Below are positions 26,352 through 39,510 of a stretch of 64,000 nt of DNA, piece by piece (position 1 is the first letter of the stretch; each line of letters begins with the position of its first letter). Source of the DNA: Geosiphon pyriformis uo1 (Eukaryota > Fungi > Glomeromycota); NCBI GenBank assembly GCA_016748015.1, contig JAAOMT010000011.1, forward strand, positions 62,001-126,000, read 5' to 3'. Below the pieces are notes generated by a model. The model did no database searches, was not told where the DNA came from, and was given only the letters and a program-made list of their open reading frames with translations. A program made the position numbers and the translations under genes.

Positions 26352-27442
26352 ATGTGTTTATTACTCTGGGCTCTAGATTATCATCAAAAATATAAGTTGT
26401 AGGTACATGAGTCGGAATTTTTTTTTTTAAGCTATTATTTCTCCCAATATATTCTAACTTTTCTCACGATTGAGCGCAGTATTTTCGCTGGGAATCGGGA
26501 TGAATATTTAGCAAGACCAACAGCTGTTGCATCATGGTGGCATCCGGACATATTGAGTGGCCGTGATCTGTTAAACCCTGATCATGGCACGTGGCTGGGT
26601 ATTAATCGTAATACTGGAAGATTTGCTGCGATCACAAATTATAAAGAGCATGTACAATCACCCAAAATCAATGGCACTACTCATGAAACTGCAAATCAAG
26701 GATTAATATCTCGTGGTACTCTTATTAAGAATATTCTCCTATCCAAAATACCTTTGATCCAATTTATGAATGATCAGGTCGTAAACTTTGCTCAAACATA
26801 TGGTGGTTTCAACATAATTACTGTGGATCTCAACTCGAATATCAAAGAGTTTAACGATCCGGCTCTTAACGAATCTCGTGTAGTTTATTTTGCAAATAGA
26901 AGAAAAATAAAATTACAGTCATTGGACAGTGGCAAGATCTATGGATTATCCAACTCGATTTTAGAGGATCCATGGCCTAAAGTAAAATTAGGCAAAAAAA
27001 AATTACAGTCGTTGCTTGAAAATTGGGATCAAAGGTTACTAAGCCCCAATGACCACAGTGCAGATGCCGAGAACGAGTTGATTGAACAATTATTTCAATT
27101 GCTTAGGTATTAACTTTTTTCGGTTTTTTATTGGTAGAATGATAATTTTGTATATAAAATATTTGATATAAATTTGGATTTTTAAATAGTTCCACAGAGT
27201 CCTTGAAACCAATCTCGATAGAAAGTGCTGATATGCACCCAGACTTACCATTCACCATTCGTATTCCGGAATTTCAGACAAGTAAAGGCGCTTCTTATGC
27301 TACACGTACTAGCACCGTTATGTTAGTAGATTATCAAAATCGAGCAGTATTTGCGGAAAGGACATTGTTCGATGACCAAGAAAAGGTCTTGGATAGTGAA
27401 AATACCAGAATTTTCGGATTTAAATTAGGTGAATTTGAATAG
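26352..27442 (+). CDS. TANGO2: TANGO2/NRDE-family protein, 3 exons
   Basis: N-terminal MC; intron 26399-26479 joins to FIFAGNRDEY..RPT; SGRDL, GTWLGI, SRG, YGGFN, LSNS.L..PWPKV, YATRTSTV. Confidence 0.92.
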
Positions 27443-27829
27443 TTACTTTAAGAAAGAATTAATACAAGTAAATTATTCTTGACTCGTGTGAAAAAGAAAT
27501 TTCTTGATTTTTGAATTAAAGTGAAATTACTAAAATAATGGATATTCTCCTTTGAATTGAACTGACTTAATGAACTTTCTCTTTTTAATGATACAAAACT
27601 TTTGAACATTGAGATTCCCACGTTTAGAAATACCAAGCCATCTGACCGTTCCAATTTTACGATGGTACATGTCAGAAGGCTTAGTATAGTTTAGTTAATA
27701 AATGATTTCCAAATCCCTTCTTTATCTTGCCAAACCTTTCCAAAATAATATCGATAACAGTTTTTTAAATTTTTCAATAAAGAGTCTAGTTCGTGATAAA
27801 CATTTTCATAACATAAAAATCATAAAGAC

Positions 27830-29280
27830 AAATTTCAAGAAAAAATTTATACAAATAAAATTTTAATTATGATTTTAAAATTTATTATATTAATTTAAAT
27901 TGAAATTATCGACAATTGACTAACAATAAATGTATATAATATTGTTAATATATAGAGTGTTGTTTTAAAGAAATTCTTTAAAAAAAATTATTAAATTATT
28001 ATTTCAAAATAATAAAATGAAATTAATTTAATAGGAAATATAAATTTTTTACTAAATTAAATAAATATTAAATAATTTTAAATTGTTTAATATTTTATTT
28101 TTATTTATTTTAAAATTATTAATAATTTTTTATTTTTTATTTTTTATTTTTTGCTTAAACAAACAAATTAAATTTTTTAGCATATTATTTAATAATAGTT
28201 TTATTAAAATTTTAATTTATTTGATTATTTGATTTTTTTTATTAATATAATTAAATGTTTTAAAAAAAATAGTTTAATAATAATTTTAAAAACATTTTTT
28301 AATCTTTCTATAATAATTAATAAAAATTTAAATTAAATATATATATTTAAAAAAAAATATAGCTTTTATAAAAAAAACACAAAAATTTATTTTGAAATTT
28401 ACTTATCAAAACTTTTAAAAAGCAAGCTTTATAAAAAATATATATAATATTTACTTTTATTAACATTTTTTTAAATATAATAATATAATAAAAACTTTCA
28501 ACAATATTTTAATAAACTAAATAATAAATACATCTTAATATATAAATAATTTTATATTGAAAAAAACACTTAAATAAAAAAAAATTACAACTCAAAATAA
28601 TAAATTTTTATTTCAAAATTATATAAATACAAATACATAAAAAAATAGCTTTATATTATCAATTTAACATATATTATTATTTTATAATTTACCAAAATAA
28701 TTTATTTTAGGTTTGAAAAATAGTTTTACTTACAAATAATAATTTAAACAACTTTACTTTAAATTTTTTATATTTAATGTAAAGTAACTATAAAAAATTA
28801 AAAATAAAATCAGCTTTAAAAATATTAAAAACACAAAGAAAAATTTTTAGTAACAATGCTATTTATGAAAAAGAAATAGCATTTTTTTTGAATCTATTTT
28901 AATTGAATTAATTAAAATTAATAAAACAATTTTATAAAATAATATTTATAATAATATTATACTAATTTTTTAATAAAATCATATGCTTTTGAGCTTTCTA
29001 ATAATATCTTTTTTATATAATTTGGTACATTAGTTAAAATGTAATAATTATTTTCTAAATCCAGTTTTTTTTGTTCTATTGTGTATTTAGTTTCATGTAA
29101 ATAGGTAACAGTTAACCAATATTTTAATCAAAAAAATAATTTTAAGCTTTATTTAACAGATTGAATACTTTTAAAAAATAAAAAATAAAAGTTTTATTCT
29201 TATTATTTAAAGATGTTTATATGTACGTATAAAATAGGGTAAAAATAACTTGTTATTTGTCATGTATTTTTTATAACAAA
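27830..29280. other. AT-rich block, probably eroded repeat
   Basis: Very low C/G, no ORFs, between convergent genes. Boundaries approximate. Confidence 0.5.
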
Positions 29281-29283
29281 TGC

Positions 29284-29636
29284 CGTATATGACCGAAAAT
29301 AGGTAACCCTCGAAAATAAGAAACTTTTATTTGTAGAAAAAATTTATAAAATAATAATAAGTATGAAAATAAGAAACCTTTAATTTTTTTTAAAAATTTA
29401 TTAATACTCAAAATAATATCTTAATATACTATTTTTCTTATTATATTCAATATTTAATTTTACTATATCTATATTTTAATTATTACTTTTTAATTCGTTA
29501 AAATGAATCTGAAATATAGAAAAGGTAAATAAGAGAATTTTTTTCCTGTATTACTATATAGGCAAAAAGATTCGAAAATAAGAAATTTTCCATTTTAGAA
29601 TCACAAAGATAGGTTTCTTATTTTTGGTCATATACG
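29284..29636. mobile_element. Non-autonomous DNA transposon/MITE, ~350 bp, Tc1/pogo-like TIRs
   Basis: Left CGTATATGACCGAAAATAGGTAACC; right end reverse complement CGTATATGACCAAAAATAAGAAACC; internal GAAAATAAGAAA repeats at ~29312, ~29365, ~29574. No clean TA TSD. Confidence 0.75.
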
Positions 29637-29737
29637 AACAGAATAAAAATTTTGCAAACTTAATATAATGCAGCACGAATTCATAAGCAATTTAAACACA
29701 CGTTTTGTAATCGTAATTGTGTTATTAGCTATAATAT

Positions 29738-31871
29738 TCAATATAAGGTGGGGGTTATTCCACTTTTCAAGACGATTAAATCATCTACTTTTACATTTTT
29801 TGTTTCAGAATATTTGGTTTCGAGTTCCTCTCGAGGGAAGCCACAAATTCGCATCATCAATCTTTCAGCACCCAATATAAAAAACATGTTGATCAATATT
29901 ATAGCAATATGCACAACGAAATAGTTAAGTTTCCAAACATAAAGGGAATTTCGCAAAGATAAAAGAAGAAAGGGTACGATGAGATAGTGGACAGTGGTAT
30001 GTGTAACAAACCAACCAAACAGGTCGTAAGCACGTTTGTATGGAGCCAATTTAGGAGTGAGAAAGAAAGGGCGAATTTTGCGACGGATTGCTATTATTTT
30101 ATGAAATTTGTGAGCATACATGGCAAAAAGGTGAAGAATATAACGTCTTCTTACTTGCCTTTATGTGTACTCTGAACAAAGGCACCACTGATAAAGGTCA
30201 CTAAGAACATAAATAGCATAAATATTGATACTCAGCAGCGACATCTTTTTTAAATTACTTACGATAATACCCAGGATAGAAACCATGCCATAAAGCGCTG
30301 GTAGTAAAAGTGGCAAAGGTTGCAAAAAACGCTCCCCTCTTTCCAGGAGGTGTTATACGAAGGTAAACGTGGTTTTTTAACCATTTGTTTGTATTTATAT
30401 TCCAAGCTTCCAAAAGAGTTTTTATGTTGTCGGCAGTTTCGTACGCAAAGACATCGACATTTGTGACGCGATCCCTACACAAGACCAAGTCAAGTAAATA
30501 TTTAATTAAAATTAAATTGAAAATTGGGAAAGTTACGAACCACTTTGCATTGCCATCTTCATCATATCCATTGAAGCCCAGTCCTGATAAGATGCATGCC
30601 CCCTCAGCCAAAATCCAAACTAGATAATATTTAAATCGGGCGCAGAATGCCGCTATTTGAAGATAAAAGAACCTGGAAAAAAGAACTTAGGATAGGTAAA
30701 ATTTTCGAGGGTTGGGAATTTATTTACTCTTTTCAAATTAGAGTTTTACCATACCTATATAGGAATGGACTGTGCTTATATTCTTCACTTAACGTCCATT
30801 CGAAGGGAAAGTATTTTGCCAAAGTTGCCTCGAGTAATAACCAAAATAAACCAATAGCCAATTTCTGCATTGCAGGATAAAAACTATCGGATACAAAGTA
30901 CTGCTTTTCGTCCTCATTGGCTTTCGGGTCATCTTTGGTATGATTCACGAGATTAAAGTTATTAGAATAATCCCTTTCGAGATTATGTTTGGAAATAAGT
31001 TTAGTCCGATGAATTTTTTGATCAGTTATTTTAAATGACTCCATCGTTGTGAAATCGTTATAATCCCTGAATTCGAAAGCTGGGCCTACTAAAACTCCAC
31101 CAAAGAAAAACATGTATCCAAGAAATTCAAGTATCGGTGGAATCTTAATGATGCGTTTTCTCTTTTGATAAGGCGTTAAATCCTATATAAGTCAGTTGAT
31201 TTTTGTCACCCACCAGTTTTCAAGTTTATGAAGCATATTTCTCAAATGATGGTTACATACTTGAATGGGCCTTTTCCCATCGTAAACACTAAATGCAAAT
31301 GAGACTAGCTTTATAACGAGAACCATTTGCGGACCCGTGAGGTCATATCTGTCCGTTGAAACAAGATTTAACTGGCGATAAATGTGACTAATGCAAAAGA
31401 CAAATAAAAGGATGTGTTAATTTTGGGATCGACAAATACGCAAAACGCGTATTTCTATAAATCTGAAATGTTACACGGATCAGGTGGCATTTTTCTTGAA
31501 AAAGAGACACGATTCGTGGGTGTCTCTTAATTAAAAAGAATATCATACCTAATGCTCAAATGCCCCATTGCAATCAAAAACACTAATCTAGGTCCCCATA
31601 TGCCTTGAACATAAAATGAGACGGCATAACACACTAAAGAACTCAAAAACAGCATATAGAAATCACGCGAAAGATCGAATACTTCTAAAAAGACAAATGC
31701 TGCAAACGAAATGCTGAATAAATGTTTCACTTTTTGGTTTTGTGGAGGCAATTTTTTGAAGATAACCGCTAAAGGATAAGCTAAGAGTAATATAATCAGC
31801 AAGCGAAGGTGATCAGGAGGGACACCGGTAAGCGTTGAGAGTTGTATAAAAGAACCATTGAATATTGGCAT
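29738..31871 (-). CDS. ALE1: MBOAT lysophospholipid acyltransferase (Ale1/LPCAT3-like), multi-exon
   Basis: DLTGPQMVLVIKL, FFFGGVLVGPAFEF, EGACILSGLGFNG, WNINTNKWLKNHVYLR, catalytic SALWHGFYPGYY. Start codon uncertain. Confidence 0.92.
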
Positions 31872-32432
31872 TTTGAAAGCCTTTTCTTATAATGTTCTTA
31901 AATATTTGGTTATCCCTGACAAGGCTCTGACAGTTCCCAAGTAATTGGAGATGATAGAATGGTAATCGACAATCCATAATCTGTGATTTATCAAAAGATG
32001 AATGCCAAAGGCAAATTGTGAAAGGATAATTGTAGATGTCATCCAAAAATTGTATCAAGCGATAAATTTCATTCATTTCATTTTATAGTTAGTATTTTTA
32101 TACTTGTGTTTAAGATCTCTAAAATTGGAGACATCGGCCAACGTGGATAAATTTTGTACAGTGAAGAGATTTTAGCCTTTCGATCATTCCTATATTACAA
32201 TCAAGAGTTTCAATAGCCTTAAATAATCCATTTTGATTTTTTCAAAGTATCCAAAAATTGGCATGAATAATACACCTCACAGTAGATTATAAAACAATAA
32301 TAAATATTTATCAACCATAAATGTATATTGTAGAATTCAAACATCCTTTTAAGAGTTTTAATCATATTCCAATCTCGGCTTTGTGCAGATCTTAAATATC
32401 TTCGGATTGTCTCTGATTAACTTATTTTTCTT

Positions 32433-34048
<1,616 letters not shown>

Positions 34049-34344
34049 TATATTGGATTCCGTTGAAAGAATAATGGATTGGAAAATGACGAATGTGAAT
34101 ATGACTTATAAGAACTTGACAGTCAGTTTTTATACTGGTAGGATAAGAAAAGTTTATTATAGATTTGTAGTACAGGAGTTAGACAAGAAAAAAAAATCGG
34201 GTGAGTGTCTAAACTTGGGGTGCGCGCATGTCAAATTATCGTAATTGTGTCGTAAATTATTGTTTTGAAACTTGTTTGATGGCCACCGATGAAAATAACG
34301 CCTATCAATAAAAATACTATCAGGTGCTTAGTAATGCTTATTAT

Positions 34345-34625
34345 TTCCACCACCTCTACGCCCGTATCTTTAATGCAAAGCAAAAAGAGGACCTCGAGCG
34401 ACAAAAACAACTCCGCCCGATTTCCAACGTACGAACTTCTCAGCGATATCGGGTCAGATATCGGAAATTGTGGTTACCCACCGTGATAGACTTTGTAGAT
34501 TTGTCTTCGACCTACATTCTGAAAGATTCGTGGTTCTCTTGGACGATGCGACCTCCGACAAGCATGAACTCAGAAGGCATTCATTTTTGGCGCATGCAGG
34601 GAAGGAGAGCTGCCTGCCATTAATG
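34345..34625 (+). pseudogene. tnpA: IS607-family TnpA serine recombinase remnant
   Basis: YARIFNAKQKEDLERQ (cf. YARVSSxxQxxDLxRQ), FPTYELLSDIGS and IVVTHRDRLCRFVFDL in successive frames. Confidence 0.8.
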
Positions 34626-34699
34626 AGAGCGTCAGAACAGGCGAAAAGCGCAAGGGAAAAGCGATAGCAGCTCGTTGCAAACGTCAGAAGTTGGAAGAT

Positions 34700-36255
34700 A
34701 CTCTCAACCGTACACTATTAATCAAGATGTATCCGAACCATCCTCAAAAGTGGTTCTTGAAACTTGACGAGATTTGCTCACAATACTGTTGTCGACATTG
34801 CCGTTTCTATACCAAAAATCTCATAGCAATAAATCACAACAGGCTTGGATAAAGCCTCAATCCATCAAAGATAAACTAAGGTTTACACAAATGTCCGGGC
34901 AGGAGAAGACCCTAATGAACACGAAGACAGGAAACTCCAAAAAGCTGCAATATGGGCGAGTGCAACTTCATGTGAACTGTTGTGTGTCTCGGAATGTTAC
35001 TTCGGAATATGCACAGCAAAGCGCCCGCGAATATTGTCAATAAGGCAATTGATGGAGCATGGAATAAGTAATTGGGCACAATTTAAATCAGCAAATTTAA
35101 ACATGAATTAAGAAGGTACAAACGCGAATCGGCAAGGTCTATCACCACGCTCTATCATTTCGATCTCGAAAAGATCTGTGAAATTCACATGGAACCGACT
35201 CATCTTCATAATCCGTCAATGCTGCTATTTGCACTCCAATCATTCCAAATTAATTTTTATTTGGTTTAAAAACTTTGCAAACATAATAAATAATATCATT
35301 GATTTGTAAGTCTTTTTATTTAACAAGTTTACAAATTCAGAATTGAAGATTGTATTAATTTAAATATATTCGAAAAAAGATAAAAGTTCTTTTACAATGT
35401 TTGAAATTTTCTCTTCAAATTTTTTCAAGTTTTATTGTGAATAAGTTTTTGGGGTAATATATTCTGGTAATTATGACCAATGAAATTTAATATGAATTCT
35501 TGATATATTTTTTCAACTTTTGATGTAAAAATAACACGCTGCTATAAATCTAACACCTTTCTGTATAATGACAAGTGTGCTTTGTGGCCTCTTCGTTTCG
35601 AGAAAAAGAGGCATAATAATAGGTGGCCCGTTCCTCACAAGATAATTTTGGATGGCAAGCTCACCTACTATCACGAGACGCAAAATCCAAGCTGATGGCT
35701 TTGTTCATGCAGTTTCCATTCATCCCGACCTTTTACTCTCCCACGAAAGGATTGGCGAACTTCTATTGGACGTATAGTTCGTATTTGCAAGTACTTGGAT
35801 AATCTCATCTCCCAAAGGATAATTTAGTAGTATCCTCCTCAAAACTTAAGATTAAGATGGCCGGGTGACTCCATAAGACGATTTCTCGGATGCGGCGAAA
35901 AGTTATACATCTGGAAGGTGAAATTCACCGGAAATCAGTTAGATTCTTTACCCGCGAATTCGACGGAATTGTTAGACATGCTGAATCACAAAACAAGAAA
36001 TACTACACGAAAACTGACCGGAAAATGCTTTGTTGGGCGCATTATCGCTTCCGACAACGTCTAATCATCAAGGCCGAGGAATTAGGGGCCCGTGTTATTA
36101 TCCAGAACGAAGCTTATACACCCAAGACTTGTAGTCAATGTGACAACATCCAAAGAATTGGAGGACCCGCAGTATACAACTATTGTGGGATTGTGATAGA
36201 TAGAGGTGAATATGGCGATCCTCTGGGATTGCTTTGCCCTACAATGACCATGTAG
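34700..36255 (+). pseudogene. tnpB: TnpB/Fanzor2-type RuvC nuclease remnant
   Basis: IKMYPNHPQK and RFAHN (N-terminal), FRSRKD, VSIHP (RuvC-I DP position), TFYSP, RICKYLDNLIS, EIHRKSVRF, MLCWAHYRFRQRL, NEAYTPKTCSQC, CGIVIDR. Confidence 0.85.
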
Positions 36256-37228
36256 GAAATAAAAGGTGTTACATAACAATGTTAGTATTGACGTGTTACA
36301 CACGAAATGAAGTTGAATCATATGCAATTTGAATGAATCTTGCGTATTCTACAAGTTTTTTGGTTACTACCACTCATTATCTTCTTTTTTTACTGCTTCC
36401 CATTCTACCCAGTACCCATCACTTTCGTCTCCTAATACGTTGAACATGGAAAGGTTACTCGGTCATTCTATTAACCTCCCCCTCTTTTACGGGTCGTCAG
36501 TTGTCTGAAGGTATTAATCCGAATTTTACCGTACCTACGTGGCTCATACTCCTCTGGAAAACATATTTTATTTCCATTTCCTCAACGCCCACCGAGATAT
36601 TATTTAAGGCGTTCTCGCCGTTTGGGAGAATTTGGATTGCTCATAGACCCAAGTGGGAAATCACGTGATAACTGAATATTCCCCAGTGGAAGGGCAACTC
36701 TCGGCACCCAAGTAGTTCATCCAAAGTGTGATATTACTTCCATATTTTTTTTGTGATATGAAGTAACTGGAATCAGGTTTACTTCTGCTAATCAATGTTT
36801 AGGCTTTGGGAAATTTAACGGTTTGCAACTCTTACACAATATTCGTAATAGCTATTTATTAAGAAAATATTTAATAATTGGAGTTTCGACTTGCAGGAGA
36901 TTCCCAAATCCAGTTCACAATTTCAATATAGTTGTAAATTTTGGCACAAATTCATTCAAATAGTGTTACTTTCAAGACTTCCGTATTTTGACAACTCAAA
37001 TAAGAAAAAAATAATTGTCATATAATTCAAAAAAAACTGATATTTTATCTTTTAAAATCATTTAACATTAGTTGGAAAATAAAATTGTTAGATTTCATAA
37101 GGCTTTAAATAAACTTGTGATTATAGATCTTAAACAACCAATAAGCTGTTAGGATCTGATAATTTTTACTTTGCAACACGCTTTATATCAAAAGGGGTTA
37201 TCCTCCAACTTTTTATTTTTTATACAAG

Positions 37229-38840
37229 ATGGCACAACCAAAAGTCACTAAACTGTTATCTTCACATCCTTTGATGTCTCTTAAGGTTCTTTCTTTGGGT
37301 TATCTTAGAAATTATGCCCATCTCACTCCACATTTACCTCGTTTAAACTTGGCATTCTTGCATTCCAAAACCCATCGAGGTTATTCTGTTATGCTTTTAA
37401 ACACAAAAAATTACCCCGGAAAAGTATCAACGGGTCAACAACAAGCCTCGAGTTCTCGTAAATATTCGAACCAACCCCTTATGAAACTAGATGATTTCGG
37501 GATAATAGGTGAGATTAAATGATAGACGAATCCAAGGATTCAAGTTTATCACAAATGCTTTACACTAGCCTGTTGGTTTATTGATAACACTAGCACTATA
37601 ATCATTCACTATTTCAATTATTGATTAATCTTTCAAAGCTTTGTAAACCCGAGGCAATATTTAATTTCCAATTCGATTCAAATATATCTCAAGATGCTTA
37701 CGCTCCGCCAACAAAAATGCCATCACCATTCACTCGGCTATTTTATTGGATTTTACATCAACGACATAAGAATTTTTGGAAGAACTGCTTCAAGTACACA
37801 AACTTCTCTTTTTTTATCCAAGTATCTAGTTATAAATAAGTATTCTCAATCTGAGTACATAAATTCTACAAGTGTCGGACTAATCAAGTGGTCAGAGAGA
37901 AAGGCGCTTAAATTTGAGAGAGGGGAACCTTGGAATGTTGGCCACTTCAAGAGCAAGGCTATCGATATGTACAAAGAGATGAATTCTTTATTTGCCGCGT
38001 AAGGGTCAACATTAGAATCGAACAAAGACAATTGAAGATTTTTTCAATTACTAATACAAATATTTGTGTTTCCTATCATAGAGGGAACCTTAAACCATTG
38101 CATAGGATTTGCCATGACCAAATGATATATGTTAGTATAATCAGTCTGTGCTGAATTTTTGGTTAAGGAGCAAAGGAATGCAATATTTTTTTCACCTGTT
38201 CTCCCGTATCTAGACAATGAAAAGCCAACTGAAGTCCCGGACCCCAGGTAAATATGCGTGGCAATTTCATGGTATGGTTGATAGACCAAAATGTGTGAAT
38301 ATAAGGGCAGTTCAGATTGCTATGTTACCCGATCACTGGTTGCAACAAATAACATTGAGAATTCATTCACGGCAGGTAAATAGAGCTTTTCAGTTTCACC
38401 ATTAATATTTCGTTACTTGATATTTATCTCATCTATGACCAATTTAGAGTCTAGCAGTGTACAACGATTCCGGAAAACTCATTGGTGGTGGACCAATGCG
38501 AATTTACAGAGTACTGGAACATGTTGTATTTCAACGTTGCCTTTGGGAAAATGAAGGATGGCTAATTTATGGTTACTATAATCCACCAATCGAATTATTT
38601 TCCAGCAAGGGAGTAGATGTTGGTCACACTGAATCTTCAACACTAACACCAAGCACCGCAACTACGGCCTACAAGAATTTCTCCAATGCCCCAAAAAAGG
38701 AGGCGACGATAGGGGCAGCGAAATCCTCAAAATTTGATGCAACGACTGCTCAGAAAAAGACTACATTTTCATCTGGTAACACCCCCCAAGAGGTTACAAC
38801 GAAAACAAAGCGGAATCTTCGCCATGTAAAGCCGAATTGA
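37229..38840 (+). CDS. Mitochondrial Tim44-domain protein (Mba1/mL45-like), multi-exon
   Basis: Basic/hydroxylated presequence-like N-terminus; AIDMYKEMNSLFA, WQFHG, QITLRIHSRQ, VLEHVVFQR..W...WLIYG. Confidence 0.72.
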
Positions 38841-39510
38841 GTAGAAAAAAGAACAATTAAAAAGCACTAATAAAATTTCCGATGAGGACAAATACGCCCA
38901 ATATTTTTAATGAGTCGCGCACTCAAATCCAGGCAATTCGATTTAAGAAAATTCTGAAATACTTAGCCCCACCAGCGAAGTGGGTTAAAAGTTAATTATC
39001 TCCAGCTTGAAAATATATGTTTGGACCTTGGTGATAGGTTCATGAGAACAATAGCTGTTTTATACCTTATTTTAGGCTACTATCGATTTGGTTGGCTGTT
39101 CACCTGTTTTATTTCTTTGAGATTTGTGCAAACAAAATATAGAAAATATATTAAGCCAAATGCCCAATAACTATATTGTAGCTATAAGAAAATAAGTGCC
39201 AGTGTGTTCTCAGAAATTTCGAATTCTTTGGAAAATCGACAATTTAATCAATCCGCGTTGCCATCATAGCACAAAATCTAAAGTGGCTAATACAACTGAT
39301 GAAGCGTATTGCGCCACGATATTAACTGTCCTCTGCACCTCCGTCCTATTGAAATGGTTTTAATTTCAAGGCTGATTCAACGGGTGAAATATTTACAAAA
39401 ATGAAAATTTCCTTTTTTAGAATTTATTCTCGCTATTTTTTTGATCTAGAATAGATTAAGAATTATAACCATAAAAGGGGATTCTTGTTCATAAAGTGGT
39501 TAAATTGTCC

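Larger units (their letters stand above)
34290..36300 (+). mobile_element. Degenerate IS607-like element: TnpA serine recombinase plus TnpB/Fanzor2
   Basis: Colinear tnpA then tnpB motifs on the + strand, intron-less, broken by deletions and frameshifts. Ends not resolved. Confidence 0.8.

Noticed and set aside
31813-32076. 87-aa ORF overlapping the ALE1 start
   Set aside because: No domain evidence; could be a uORF but unsupported without expression data.
34290-36300. Claim of direct horizontal transfer from a cyanobacterial or Mollicutes-related endosymbiont
   Set aside because: The donor cannot be inferred without a phylogeny; inheritance from an older fungal or viral Fanzor2 lineage is equally possible.
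36400-36760. Moderately GC-rich patch downstream of the Fanzor-like element
   Set aside because: No ORF, repeat or RNA motif recognised.
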